Below, piece after piece: positions 18,332-28,249 of a stretch of DNA of 64,000 nt (the stretch's first letter is position 1; each line of letters starts with the position of its first letter). Position numbers and translations under genes: made by a program. The notes under the pieces were generated by a model that was not told where the DNA came from, did no database searches, and saw only the letters and a program-made list of their open reading frames with translations. Source of the DNA: a virus; the IMG/VR virus record IMGVR_UViG_3300045241_000217, positions 32,001 through 96,000 of that record. One strand, given 5' to 3'.

Positions 18332-18657
18332 GCGGCGAGGCGCTCGCCATCGCTCGCCTCAAGGCGAGGTGCTCCTCGCTCAGCAAGGTCATCGCGGATC
18401 TCACCGCGAAGCTCTCGGTGGCCGAGCGAGCTCTCGCCGAGCGAGACGCACAGCCCGGACTGTCCGTGGACCGCACCGAGTGGGCTCGTCTCGTCGAGGT
18501 GGACCGCATGGCCGAGGAGTACGTCGCGCAGGCCGACAAGCGATGCGAGGTGCTCCGGCGCATCGTACGCACGCGGAACGAGGAGATCGCCTCGCTCAAG
18601 GAGCAGCTACGTGGGGCGGGTGTGGCCGTCGAGCAGGACGGCCCGCTCACCGACTGA
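18328..18657 (+). CDS. Hypothetical coiled-coil protein
   Basis: GTGA coupling; heptad pattern. Confidence 0.6.
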   Translation: MSGEALAIARLKARCSSLSKVIADLTAKLSVAERALAERDAQPGLSVDRTEWARLVEVDRMAEEYVAQADKRCEVLRRIVRTRNEEIASLKEQLRGAGVAVEQDGPLTD

Positions 18658-18660
18658 TCG

Positions 18661-19101
18661 CTAGCTGACTTCGCTCTCGTCCAGGATGGCGATGCAGTTG
18701 AACTCGAGGTCCGTGAGCACGATGCCGCGCGCACCGGTCTGGATCTGGTAGCTCACGCACTTCACCCGCTGGATGGTCGCGAGCAGAATCCCCGTCGTCG
18801 GGTCCTCCACCGTGCCCGTCATCTCACCGCGGGTGAGGATGTCGCGCAGACGCGGGAAGATGACGATGCCGTCCCGGTTCTTCACGCTGTTGCCGATGAC
18901 GCGGCACATCTGCGCGCTGAAGCTCGCGTCGTAGTCGATCGGCACGTTCTCGGCTGCCTCGAACTGGTCGAGGGGCTTCACGGGCGCGTGCTCGATGCGC
19001 TCGCCGTAGTTGCAGTTCATGGCCAGCGCGACCTTCACGCCGTCGAGGGAGAGCCGCGTGCGGGCGCCGGACTGGATCAGATTGCGGAAGGGGTTGGCCA
19101 T
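18661..19101 (-). CDS. Tail tube protein
   Basis: 146 aa beta-rich protein after the sheath; SGAR...L-x-G-x-x-V motif. Confidence 0.85.
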   Translation of the reverse strand: MANPFRNLIQSGARTRLSLDGVKVALAMNCNYGERIEHAPVKPLDQFEAAENVPIDYDASFSAQMCRVIGNSVKNRDGIVIFPRLRDILTRGEMTGTVEDPTTGILLATIQRVKCVSYQIQTGARGIVLTDLEFNCIAILDESEVS

Positions 19102-19116
19102 GGCAGTTCTTCTCTC

Positions 19117-19710
19117 TCAGGCCGCAGCCTTGTCCTGGGCCTTGCGAACACGGGCGTACAGCGTGAAGTAGTTGATCCCCGTCGCGACCGACGCGTCCTT
19201 GATGGATGCGTACGTGACTCCTTCGAGTGTCACGGGGACCTTCGGTTTCCCGGAGCGGCGTTTCTCTGGCGACAGTGCAACACGCGGCTCCTGCCGAAGC
19301 ACCCTGAGTCGGTGGTCGAGTGTGTTGTGATGGATGCCCGTCTCGGCAGACCAGTCCGCGATCGTCATTCGGCGACCGTCGTGCTCAACCCACACATTCC
19401 GCCGCGTGTTTCGTTTGTTCTGGGCCCTGGTGGCCCACCGAACGTTGCCAGGCTCGTAGCCCTTGCTGTTGTCGATGCGGTCGATCTCGTGAAGTGGACT
19501 TGGGCGCTTGCCCACCTCTGCGACGAAGGACGCTGGATCGACGAGCCATCCTTGGTGCACATCGATCCCGCGTCCGCCGTAATCCTTGAAGGAAGGATGG
19601 CTTGCCTGCCGGCAGCGATTGGTGATGTAGCGGAGCACGCGATACTCCACTGTCCGTGAGAGGCCGTGCCTCCGGATCGGTCGGCCAAGCGTGTCGAGTC
19701 GCTCGCTCAC
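19117..19710 (-). CDS. HNH homing endonuclease (YGGRGI type) with C-terminal NUMOD1-like domain
   Basis: HG...RC...YGGRGI...IDRIDN-x-x-GYEPGNVRWAT...N; GTGA-coupled to the sheath stop. Confidence 0.85.
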   Translation of the reverse strand: MSERLDTLGRPIRRHGLSRTVEYRVLRYITNRCRQASHPSFKDYGGRGIDVHQGWLVDPASFVAEVGKRPSPLHEIDRIDNSKGYEPGNVRWATRAQNKRNTRRNVWVEHDGRRMTIADWSAETGIHHNTLDHRLRVLRQEPRVALSPEKRRSGKPKVPVTLEGVTYASIKDASVATGINYFTLYARVRKAQDKAAA

Positions 19711-21974
19711 GCCGCTGCCCGAGCAATGAACAAGTGGGCCGTCACCAAGATGAACGAAATAGGCGTCACGGGTGCCCACTCGACGCTGACCGGGAACGCG
19801 TCGCCGATCTGCTCGATGACCAGCGTCTCGGGGCGGTACGAGAACAGGATGCCGTCGAGCACGAGCTCCTCGAGCACACCGAGCGCGAGGCTCTTGAGCA
19901 CGCCGACGCTGCCACGGATGCCCGCAGTGCCGACCTTGCGCTCCATGCGGCGCCGGAACTCGAAGATCGCCGTGTCGTCGGCGGCGTTCGCGCTCACCTC
20001 GCCGAACACCACGTTGTCGTCCTGCGTGTAGGTGGTGATCGAGCGGATCCAGCGGATGCCGATGCCGTCCACCTTCTCGGCGATCATGAGACCCGCACGG
20101 ATGAGCGAGTCCTGGTCGTTCTCGACGTCCCACGTACTGTCGTTGCGGATGTCGAGCACGTTGATGAGCTTGTGCGTCAGCGGCTCGCCCACCGGAGCGC
20201 CGGCCTGCTGACCCGCCGCGATCGCGTCGAACATGTAGGGCGGGTACCAGGTGGCCTCGCCCGTGAGGGGGTCGAAGCGCTGGCACTCCTGGGCCACGCC
20301 CGAGAGGTGGCGCGTGTTGAGCGCCTGGAGCTGCGTGCGAATGTTCGCCTGCGTCTCACCCGTGCCATCCACCTTGCCGAACGCGACGTAGCCGTTGGCC
20401 TCGCTGCGGCCCTGGCCGGCGCGCCATACGAGGTGCGTGCGGAGGAGCGCCTCGATGGCGGGGTCGCGCGAGAGCACCACGATCTGCGTGACGCGGCGCT
20501 TCTTGAGCAGGTCGAGCGCGGCCTGCCACTGGTTGATCGTGACCACGCCCTCGATGCCGCCCGAGAGGTACACGTCGCTCGCGGTGTTGGCCGGCACGAG
20601 CGAGGCGCCGGCGTGTCGCGCCGCGCGCACCATCGCCGAGCCGTTGTTGAGAGCCTCGATGAAGCGCTCGAGATCGTCGGAGAACGTGGCGGTCGTGAGG
20701 AGCGAGACGGCCGTCGAGTAGTCGAGGGTCGAGACGAGTTCGGTACCGGCATCCACCGCGAGCGCCGTGGCGGTGAAGCCCGCGAGCGCGTTGAGGCGAT
20801 CGACGAGCCGCTGCACGGTCTTGAACGTGGCGGTGGCTGCGCTCACCGCGCGAGCCGCGACGGTGATGGTGCGCGCACCGGCGATGTCGCCCAGGCACAG
20901 CACGCTCAGCGTGCGGAAGTTGTCCGCGCTCACGACGGGCGTGGTGCCGGCCGTCATGTCGAAGCGGTCGCCGATGATCGCGCCGGTCGTGCTGAGTCCG
21001 AACACCGCGACGTCGTTGGCGGCGTTCACGTCGATCGACACGGCGATGGTCGTGTCGGCCACCGGCGAGTTCGTGAGGAGCACCACGCCGCGCGTGAGAA
21101 CCGCGGGGGCGAGCGAGAAGAGCGTCGTGGGGATCACGCTGTCGGTGACCAGCACGGTGCCCACGGCCGCCGCGCTCATCACGGTGCCGAGCACCTTGCT
21201 GAAGGACTGCGTTCCCTGCACGGGCGTGACGCCGTTCAGCACCTTGGTCTCGCTCACGGGGGTCGTGCCCGAGAGCCCGTAGACCGTGACGCTCTGCGTG
21301 GTGTCGCCCGCGTTGCTCGAGACGTAGCGGAGCGCGCCGGGCGCCGGGATGTTGGCGGTGCGCTGAGCCACCAGGCCGGTGGCGGTCTTCGTCGCGTCCA
21401 CGATGAAGGCCGTGCTCGTCACGCGTGCGAGAGCCGTCGTGTAGCCGCCGGTGCTCGGGGTGTAGAGCGCGCTGAACGCGGGGAGCCCGCCCACATCGTC
21501 GAACGTCTCGACGACGTCCTCGAAGGTGATGGTGATGAGCTTGCCGCGGTCGGTGCCGGCAGCGACCGACAGGTTGATCTGCGAGGTGAAGAGCCCGTAG
21601 TCCACGCTCGTGAGATCCACCGAGGGTGCCGCGAGCGCGTCGGCGAGCGTCGCGATGCTCTGCGTGGCCGGGTTCACCTTCACCGGCACGATCATCTGCG
21701 CGCCACCCGGCACGGCCTCGTCGAGAGACGGGTCGAACGCGAAGAGCGAAGCCGTGCGCAGGTCGCCCGAGCGGTACTGCTTCTGCGCCTTCTGCGGGTT
21801 CGAGAGATCGTAGGTCTTGTCCACCGTGAGGGGGACGCCGCCCTCGGCGGTGCCGACGAGCGCCACGATGCCGGTGCTGGAGATGCTCGTGCTCTGGAGC
21901 TGCGAGGCGTCGATGACCGAGTACGCACCGGGGACGACGATGTTGCGGCCGCCGAAGTACACGCTGGAGGGCAT
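19707..21974 (-). CDS. Tail sheath protein
   Basis: N-terminal PG-x-YS...ALVG-x-AEGG; C-terminal G-x-P-x-x-EPLT-x-K and RSITTY motifs; AAGGA SD. Confidence 0.92.
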   Translation of the reverse strand: MPSSVYFGGRNIVVPGAYSVIDASQLQSTSISSTGIVALVGTAEGGVPLTVDKTYDLSNPQKAQKQYRSGDLRTASLFAFDPSLDEAVPGGAQMIVPVKVNPATQSIATLADALAAPSVDLTSVDYGLFTSQINLSVAAGTDRGKLITITFEDVVETFDDVGGLPAFSALYTPSTGGYTTALARVTSTAFIVDATKTATGLVAQRTANIPAPGALRYVSSNAGDTTQSVTVYGLSGTTPVSETKVLNGVTPVQGTQSFSKVLGTVMSAAAVGTVLVTDSVIPTTLFSLAPAVLTRGVVLLTNSPVADTTIAVSIDVNAANDVAVFGLSTTGAIIGDRFDMTAGTTPVVSADNFRTLSVLCLGDIAGARTITVAARAVSAATATFKTVQRLVDRLNALAGFTATALAVDAGTELVSTLDYSTAVSLLTTATFSDDLERFIEALNNGSAMVRAARHAGASLVPANTASDVYLSGGIEGVVTINQWQAALDLLKKRRVTQIVVLSRDPAIEALLRTHLVWRAGQGRSEANGYVAFGKVDGTGETQANIRTQLQALNTRHLSGVAQECQRFDPLTGEATWYPPYMFDAIAAGQQAGAPVGEPLTHKLINVLDIRNDSTWDVENDQDSLIRAGLMIAEKVDGIGIRWIRSITTYTQDDNVVFGEVSANAADDTAIFEFRRRMERKVGTAGIRGSVGVLKSLALGVLEELVLDGILFSYRPETLVIEQIGDAFPVSVEWAPVTPISFILVTAHLFIARAAA

Positions 21975-21999
21975 CGCGATGGTTCCTTCTGGCCCCCAG

Positions 22000-22103
22000 A
22001 AACGAAAAAGGCGCCCCGGCTTTCGCCGAGAGCGCCTCAGTGCCCACGATCGTGAGCGGGCCTACGTGACCAGACTTTGCGCCGTGCGGGGCGGTACGGT
22101 CAA
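22000..22103 (-). promoter_or_regulatory. Promoter plus attenuator-like leader of the tail operon
   Basis: TTGACC-N18-CAAAGT, GGTCAC-G-TAGGCCC, then a GC-GAAA-GC hairpin and TTTTTCGTTT just before the sheath SD; paralogous to 42961-43065. Confidence 0.65.
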
Positions 22104-22115
22104 GCCACGCGCTCG

Positions 22116-22195
22116 CGTGCTACGAATAGGTCGGCCCGCGACGCTATCAACGTCAGCGGGCCGCGCCCCATAGCCTCCTCGAAAGGCTCCGAGAC
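22116..22195 (+). promoter_or_regulatory. Conserved HNH-gene leader, copy 1
   Basis: CGTGCTACGAATAGGTCGGCCCGC + two hairpins + AGACATG. Confidence 0.7.
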
Positions 22196-22732
22196 ATGTC
22201 GAAAGTAGCACGCCGAATCGCGGCGACACACCTTGCCGATCGTCTGTGGGCAAAGGTCGATCGCGACGGTCCGCTTCACCCTCGGCTCGGCACGCGGTGC
22301 TGGCTATGGCGTGGTGGGATTACGCGTGGTCACGGCGGGCGTGGGTATGGACAGGTGCGCGTCCCCAACGAGGGGTCTACTGGACCATCGCGGATGCTCG
22401 CCCATCGGCTCGCTTGGATCTTGACGAACGGCGACCCGCCCACCGACAAGCCCAACGTCCTGCATCGCTGCGACAACCGCGCGTGCTGCAATCCGGACCA
22501 CCTTTTCGTGGGAACGCAGAAGCAAAATATTCACGACGCCGTTGGCAAGAGCAGACACCCGCACGGAGCGACGCACGGCATGGTGCGACTGACGGAGGAA
22601 CTGGTGCGCGCGGTCTTTTCGGCGATCGGAACGGACACGGAGATCGGACTTCGCTTCGGAATCTCCAGGACACACGCAAGCCAGATCCGACTGGGCAAGA
22701 GGTGGCGTCACCTCGGATTGGTGTCGGCCTAA
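22196..22732 (+). CDS. HNH homing endonuclease (HNH_3 type)
   Basis: CWLW...GYG...AHR...VLHRCDNRACCNPDHL...N; C-terminal HTH. Confidence 0.9.
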   Translation: MSKVARRIAATHLADRLWAKVDRDGPLHPRLGTRCWLWRGGITRGHGGRGYGQVRVPNEGSTGPSRMLAHRLAWILTNGDPPTDKPNVLHRCDNRACCNPDHLFVGTQKQNIHDAVGKSRHPHGATHGMVRLTEELVRAVFSAIGTDTEIGLRFGISRTHASQIRLGKRWRHLGLVSA

Positions 22733-23034
22733 GCGTCGAGGCTGCGCGCGATCCGGCGGAGCACGCGTGCGGCGACCCTGCGCGTCGCCATGAGCGCCAG
22801 GCGAGGGAGGCTTGCGTCGGCCGCTTCACGCACCGCGTCTCGCCGCTCCTCCTTGCGAAGCCACGCGGTCTGGTTCGCCACCGGGCAGTGCGAGAGGTGC
22901 AGGCCGATGCCGCCGCACTCCTCGCAGAAGCTGATGGGCGTCGGGTCGTGCGAGACGGGCGGAGGCGGCGGGATGATCCCCAGGGGATCCCCGTCGAGCA
23001 TGTCGAACTCGGAGTCCGTCGGCTCCCCGTTCAT
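22729..23034 (-). CDS. Hypothetical protein (CxxC...HxxxC)
   Basis: ATGA-coupled. Confidence 0.5.
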   Translation of the reverse strand: MNGEPTDSEFDMLDGDPLGIIPPPPPVSHDPTPISFCEECGGIGLHLSHCPVANQTAWLRKEERRDAVREAADASLPRLALMATRRVAARVLRRIARSLDA

Positions 23035-23354
23035 CGCTCGACGAGCATGAAGGCCGCGAGCTCGGCCTTCCATCCCGCGGCGGTGAGCTTGCGCGTCACG
23101 CCCTTGAGCTTCTCGCAGTGCACGAACGCCGCGACCGTGGCCTCCTTGCGGTGGGCGAACGCGCGCTCGACCGTGATCTCCGGCTCGGTGCTGGGGTGCT
23201 CGGTGACCGGCGGTGCGTCGTCCGCTTCGGGCGGAGCGGGGAGCGTGGGCGCCAGGCTCGGGCTCGCAGGCTCGTCGAGCACCGGCGTGCCGATGGTCTC
23301 CGGCTCGGTCGTGTCGGAATCAGTCGTCATCGTCGTTGGTCGCTTGGTCGCCAT
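23031..23354 (-). CDS. Small protein upstream of the sheath
   Basis: Acidic/Pro linker plus C-terminal ..T-x-x-x-W-x-x-x-L-x-x-F motif. Confidence 0.55.
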   Translation of the reverse strand: MATKRPTTMTTDSDTTEPETIGTPVLDEPASPSLAPTLPAPPEADDAPPVTEHPSTEPEITVERAFAHRKEATVAAFVHCEKLKGVTRKLTAAGWKAELAAFMLVER

Positions 23355-24150
23355 GCACCCGAGCATGAACGCCTCCGCGGAGACCGTCCACCACCACGTC
23401 GTCGGAGTAGATGCCGCCCAGGACGAGACGATCGGCCGACCGGTACGTCTGGAGGATCGGCACCGTCTGCATGACCTTGCCGCGCACGGTGAGTTGCCGA
23501 ACGAACGCGAGATCCGGTAGCTGATACTCCGACGGGTTCAGCTCCGCTCCCGAGAACGCGATGTCAGAGATCCCGGAGCGCTCGAGATAGCCGCGGGCGC
23601 CCACGAGGCAGAGCTTCGCGAAGTGGTAGAGGTACAGGCACTGGTCAGGGTTCTCGGCGAGCGTCATCACGCTCCACGTGCAGTCCCAGATCCCGCCCTC
23701 GTAGATCGCATCCTCGCCGCCGGGCGGGCGCTCGCCGTGCTGCGTCTCGTGCACGTACCTGCCGATCGGGGTCTCGCCCTCGCCCTCCTCGGCGAGCGTG
23801 ATCGAGAAGATGGGCCAACTGTTCGCCGTCCTCGGGTACCCCAGGACGACTTTCGGCTGCGTCTCCTGGAAGTCCTTCACCCACGAGTCGCGCTCGCTGG
23901 TGTCGGCGATCGATGGATCGAAGAAGTGCGAGAAGAAGCGAACGCACTCCGACACGTTCGCCTTCGCGCTGAGCCGATCGATCTCCGAGAGCAGCACGGC
24001 GCGGAGCAGTCGCTCGGGGAGCACGATGGCCGTCTTGAGCTCGGCGCTCTGCGGACCGTCCACGAAGCCCTCGAAGCGAGGATCGGTCGCGCCCTCAGTG
24101 CCGCCCAGGTTGCGCTGGAGACGTCTCTTGCGCGAGGGCACGGTCGTCAT
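23320..24150 (-). CDS. Tail terminator/completion (neck) protein
   Basis: VVLGYPR...P-x-F-x-I-x-L-x-x-E motif; synteny; start re-called at ATGA overlap. Confidence 0.65.
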   Translation of the reverse strand: MTTVPSRKRRLQRNLGGTEGATDPRFEGFVDGPQSAELKTAIVLPERLLRAVLLSEIDRLSAKANVSECVRFFSHFFDPSIADTSERDSWVKDFQETQPKVVLGYPRTANSWPIFSITLAEEGEGETPIGRYVHETQHGERPPGGEDAIYEGGIWDCTWSVMTLAENPDQCLYLYHFAKLCLVGARGYLERSGISDIAFSGAELNPSEYQLPDLAFVRQLTVRGKVMQTVPILQTYRSADRLVLGGIYSDDVVVDGLRGGVHARVHGDQATNDDDD

Positions 24151-24656
24151 CGGTAGTCGCCTCGCGAACGGAGGATCGTGTCGCGAGCGAGGCATGAGGC
24201 GCACGTGCGGTCCTTCGGGGTCGCGCACGAGCACGGAGCCATGGCTCTGTTCTTCACACCCTTGAAGTTCATCGTCGCCAGCACGTCATCCGCCGCAGCG
24301 AACGCGAGTGCCTGACACGCGCCGCAGATCGGGAAGCACGAGCCGCCGCATTCCGCGAGAGCCGTCTCACGGTCGCGCATCTGCTGCGGCGAGAGCAGCT
24401 CGGTGCGCGGTGGTCGCGGGTTCTCCATGTCGTGCTTGAGCAGACGCAGCCCGCGCTCGAACGTCTCGGGCGTGAGCGGCGGACTCGACGCGTAGCGGTG
24501 GCCGTCGGTGTGGAGCGTGGTCTCGATCCCGCTGAGGGTGGCGTCCACGCTCTTGCACACGGCCTCGATCTGCCGGTCGCGCTCGTGCGGCGTGTTGCTC
24601 CCCACCAGCAAGAGAGCCCGGCCCGTCTTGGTAACGCGCACGCCCTTGGTCTTCAT
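24147..24656 (-). CDS. Hypothetical Cys-rich protein
   Basis: ATGA coupling at both ends. Confidence 0.5.
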   Translation of the reverse strand: MKTKGVRVTKTGRALLLVGSNTPHERDRQIEAVCKSVDATLSGIETTLHTDGHRYASSPPLTPETFERGLRLLKHDMENPRPPRTELLSPQQMRDRETALAECGGSCFPICGACQALAFAAADDVLATMNFKGVKNRAMAPCSCATPKDRTCASCLARDTILRSRGDYR

Positions 24657-25441
24657 CGCGATCCTCCCTGCGACATCTGGATGAGCTCCATCGCGATCTT
24701 CTCCATCCGCTTCTGCGTCTCTTGCGCGAGGTGTCTCGCTTGGATCCCGGGGTGCTGCCACGCTCGAGCGTCGGAGCGTAGCGAGATCCGGCGGAACGTG
24801 TGATAGCCGCTCGTCTTGAGCCCGCGCGCGGTCGGCTGCGCCTTGCGGATCATGCCCTCGTAGATGGAGGCGGTGTGCCAGTCCTTCACCTTCGTGTTGA
24901 GGATCGCCTTGGCCTCGGCGCCCATCTTCATCCCCGGGTGCAGACGCTGCCCCCACACGGTCGTCCCCAGCCCCGAGCCAGCCACAGCCGCCCCTGGACG
25001 CGTCACGGTGGGAGCCAGGCGCTTGGCGACGTTGGCGATGGCCGTGGGCATGGCGGGGCCCACGTTGCGCCCTCCGGTGCCGGGGGTGCCGTGCCGGAAG
25101 GGGACCGTCACGTACGGGCCGTTCTTGCCGTACTTCACGGCGTTCCCGGTGAGCATCCAGAGGCGCATGTCGCCGCCCGCCCAGCCCTGCTCGACCATGT
25201 TCGGGACACGGCCCTGGAGCGTGATGCTCACCACGCCGTCGCCCGACTCGGGAGGCTGGAGGCCCGCGACGTAGTCTCGCGAGCTGCTCTTGAGCTTCTC
25301 GAGCGCGAGCGAGCGCCAGGTCGCGAAGGCGGCCGCCCCCACCCCGCGGAGCACGCGCTGGCGGTCGGCGCTCTGCGGGAGCGCGGCGAGGAGCCCGGCT
25401 CGCAGCGGGGTGAGGTTCACGCTGATGAGCTTCGCTCCCAC
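24653..25441 (-). CDS. Neck / tail-completion protein
   Basis: PNMVEQG...DM...YVTVPFRHGTPG...Y-x-TFRRIS...W-x-HPG, typical of SPO1-like neck proteins. Confidence 0.75.
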   Translation of the reverse strand: MGAKLISVNLTPLRAGLLAALPQSADRQRVLRGVGAAAFATWRSLALEKLKSSSRDYVAGLQPPESGDGVVSITLQGRVPNMVEQGWAGGDMRLWMLTGNAVKYGKNGPYVTVPFRHGTPGTGGRNVGPAMPTAIANVAKRLAPTVTRPGAAVAGSGLGTTVWGQRLHPGMKMGAEAKAILNTKVKDWHTASIYEGMIRKAQPTARGLKTSGYHTFRRISLRSDARAWQHPGIQARHLAQETQKRMEKIAMELIQMSQGGSR

Positions 25442-25513
25442 CGAGAGAGCCTAGCGCATCGGCGCCCCGCGCTTCATGTTGCGCTCGTTGGCCAGAGCCA
25501 GCAGGAAGATGAG

Positions 25514-26638
25514 ATGACGATGCTGGTGTTGCCTGAGCAGCTACGCGACCTGCCGCTGATCCTGAGCGTGAGCGGCGGGAAGGACTCGACCGCGATGATG
25601 CTCGCGGTGCGCGAGGCCGGTCTCCCGTTCCGAGCGGTGTTCGCTGACACCGGGTGGGAGGCGCCAGAGACGTACGCGTACCTGGATGTGCTGCGAGCGC
25701 ACATCGGACCGATCGATGTTGTTCGAGCGCTCCCACCCGTGGCTCTCGAACTGTGCATGGAGGTGACACAGTTCAGCGACGGTTCGTTGGTGCACTACGT
25801 TCCGCACGTCGAGACGCCGATCGTTCCAGTGTGCTTCGCCGATCTGTTCCACTGCTCTTCTGCGATGGCTGAACGCATCGCAGTGTATGCGCGGTTCGCC
25901 TCGCGGACGCAGCGCTGGTGCACCCGCGAACTGAAGTTGGAACCGCTTCACGCGTACCACCGCTCGCAGTCAGGCCTTCCACCGTGCGCATTGCCTCGAC
26001 CCAAGAAGCGCGATCCCGAAGCGGACGACGAGGATGCCGAGGAAATCGAGCCTGAGATCGACGCGACGCTCGATCACGCGGTGCACACGGTATCCGTGAC
26101 CGGAGTCCGCCGCGACGAGAGCGAGAAGCGCAAGGACGCGAAGGAGATCGAGGACGACGTTGCGTGGGGCGGATGGGCATGGCGTCCGCTGGTTGCGTGG
26201 GCCGTCGCCGACATCATCGGGCTGCACCATCGCCACGACGTGCCGGTCAACGTGCTCTACCAGCGCGGCCATGATCGAGTCGGATGCTACCCGTGCATCA
26301 ACGCGACGAAGTCCGATCTGACCCTCGTCGCACGCCACGCACCTTGGCGCATCGAGCAACTGCGAGCGTTGGAAGCGCGAGCGACCGAGCTGCGACTCAA
26401 GCGCAATGCGGAGTGGGTCCCCACCGCCAAGAGGCCGCTGCGCTACAAGAACCCCAAGGCCACGTTCTTCCAAGGTCGCGATGCTGGTCTGACGGGTGTT
26501 GCGCCGGGGATCGACGAGGTGGTGTCGTGGGCACGAACCTCTCGCGGCGGGCGACAGTTGCCGCTGCTCGTCGAGCCGCCCGACGGAGGTTGTTTCCGGT
26601 GGGGCTTCTGCGATCCACCGAGCAAGGAGACGCCGTGA
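25514..26638 (+). CDS. PAPS-reductase-family PP-loop protein
   Basis: SVSGGKDS PP-loop, DTGWE, RWCT..LK, GVRRDES..R, RVGCYPC. Confidence 0.85.
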   Translation: MTMLVLPEQLRDLPLILSVSGGKDSTAMMLAVREAGLPFRAVFADTGWEAPETYAYLDVLRAHIGPIDVVRALPPVALELCMEVTQFSDGSLVHYVPHVETPIVPVCFADLFHCSSAMAERIAVYARFASRTQRWCTRELKLEPLHAYHRSQSGLPPCALPRPKKRDPEADDEDAEEIEPEIDATLDHAVHTVSVTGVRRDESEKRKDAKEIEDDVAWGGWAWRPLVAWAVADIIGLHHRHDVPVNVLYQRGHDRVGCYPCINATKSDLTLVARHAPWRIEQLRALEARATELRLKRNAEWVPTAKRPLRYKNPKATFFQGRDAGLTGVAPGIDEVVSWARTSRGGRQLPLLVEPPDGGCFRWGFCDPPSKETP

Positions 26639-26745
26639 CGCCCGAGAACGCCATCGGTTACGCGCTTGCCGCTCTCCTCGCGGCGTGTGCTCTGTGCGTG
26701 GCCCTCGGTGCCACCGCCGAGTTCCTCGAACGCATCGCGCAGTAG
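26635..26745 (+). CDS. Small membrane peptide
   Basis: AAGGAG SD, GTGA overlap, single hydrophobic helix. Confidence 0.45.
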   Translation: MTPENAIGYALAALLAACALCVALGATAEFLERIAQ

Positions 26746-26746
26746 C

Positions 26747-27685
26747 TCACCTCTCGGGGAGCTTGGCCGCCACGCCCAGCGGCACCGGTACGAGCGGGTC
26801 GAACGTCGGCGTCATGTTCGTGCCCTCATCGGTGAGCCACATGAGCTTCGCCTTGCTCGACACGGGCAGCGAGATCGATCGCGACTTGATCCCCGCCGGC
26901 GTCTTGCGTCCGCTCATGTCGTCGCGCGTGACGTGCGTCCAGGAGGTCACGAGGTACACGGGATGGAAGTCGTAGTGGACGCTGAGCGAGCTCCCCTCGG
27001 GCACGAACGCGTCGCCGGTGGCCGTCCACTCGATCCAGCCCTCGGGACTGATGGCGAAGTGCGTGCCCTCCTCAAGCACCTCGACGGTGTCCTTGCCGGG
27101 GCAGACGAAGAGCATCTTGGCGACGTGCACGATCCGGAAGCGCGCGCTGTCCACGAGGCGCGCGGCGGGGAGCGTCTGCCGCCGGCCACGTCGGTTTCCC
27201 TTCTTGAGCGTCTCGGTGAAGGGGATCACCGGGTCGATCAGTTCGAGCGAGTCGAGGAAGCCCATGCGGAACTGCGGCTCGACGGTGACCTGCACCTCGC
27301 CGCTCTGCCACAGGCTCATTCGCTCGTAGAGCGTCGTGCGCTTGTCGAACTGCATCATCGTCGCCGAGATCACATGCGGGTCTACGTAGATGAGGCCGCT
27401 GCCACCGCAGTAGGAGCACCCGAGCTTGCTCTGCTCGGTCTCGTCGGTCTGGCGTGGGCAGATCATCGCCTTGCGCCAGATCACGTTCTTGCCGTGCTGG
27501 CGCACGAGCTTGATGAACTCCTCCTCGTGGAAGCTCGCGCGCGTCTTGGTGATCGGGAACTGGTCGCCCTCGGTCGTGAGCTTGCTGCCCACGGTCGGAG
27601 GCACCTCGTTCTGCACCTTGCGCGCGACGTCGAGAGTCGGAGTGGGCGCCTTGATCTTCTTGCGGTCGCCGGGCGGGATGGCCAT
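26747..27685 (-). CDS. Head-closure / head-tail connector protein
   Basis: G-x-x-V-x-W-x-KA-x-x-CP...C-x-x-C-x-G-x-G-x-x-Y motif. Confidence 0.75.
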   Translation of the reverse strand: MAIPPGDRKKIKAPTPTLDVARKVQNEVPPTVGSKLTTEGDQFPITKTRASFHEEEFIKLVRQHGKNVIWRKAMICPRQTDETEQSKLGCSYCGGSGLIYVDPHVISATMMQFDKRTTLYERMSLWQSGEVQVTVEPQFRMGFLDSLELIDPVIPFTETLKKGNRRGRRQTLPAARLVDSARFRIVHVAKMLFVCPGKDTVEVLEEGTHFAISPEGWIEWTATGDAFVPEGSSLSVHYDFHPVYLVTSWTHVTRDDMSGRKTPAGIKSRSISLPVSSKAKLMWLTDEGTNMTPTFDPLVPVPLGVAAKLPER

Positions 27686-27694
27686 GCGGCGAGT

Positions 27695-28222
27695 CTACGC
27701 CGAGAGGGCCGCGGCCGGCTCCTCGCGCCATGTGATGCCGCGCGTGATCTGCGAGACGGTCGGCTGAGAGATCTCGAACTCGTCGGCGAGCTCCATCTGG
27801 GTGGCCCCGTCAGCGTACCGAGCGCGAAGTGTGCGCACGCGTTCCCAGGTCATCACGGCGAGGTGCTGGCGCTCGCCGGTCGCGGTGCGACGGGACGCGA
27901 TGCAGTGCTCCATGTTCTGCTTCTGCGTGCCGGCGACGAGATGGCGCGGGTTGCAGCACGGCCGGTTGTTGCACGTGTGCATCACCAGTTTTCGCGCGGG
28001 GACGCGGCCCTTGAAGATCCGGTACGCCGCCACGTGCGCGCCTACGTTCCGCAGTTCTCCGCCAGACCCATCATCCCAAGCGAAACTACCGTAGCCGCGC
28101 TTGCCACCGTTCAGCGGCTCGACATAGCCACGGAACGGCCAGCACGCCGATGCGCCGCCTGAGCGATCGAGCTTCTCGACGAAGCGAGCGCGGTTCGTTC
28201 GTCTGTCTCGGCGTGCGGGCAT
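27695..28222 (-). CDS. HNH homing endonuclease
   Basis: CWP...GYG...AH...VMHTCNNRPCCNPRHL...N; C-terminal HTH. Confidence 0.9.
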   Translation of the reverse strand: MPARRDRRTNRARFVEKLDRSGGASACWPFRGYVEPLNGGKRGYGSFAWDDGSGGELRNVGAHVAAYRIFKGRVPARKLVMHTCNNRPCCNPRHLVAGTQKQNMEHCIASRRTATGERQHLAVMTWERVRTLRARYADGATQMELADEFEISQPTVSQITRGITWREEPAAALSA

Positions 28223-28249
28223 TTGCGGATACTACAACACGTCCCCCGT

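Noticed and set aside
19117-19710. Group I intron or intein around the HNH genes
   Set aside because: Flanking genes have intact stops and no splice or intein motifs are evident; the HNH genes look free-standing
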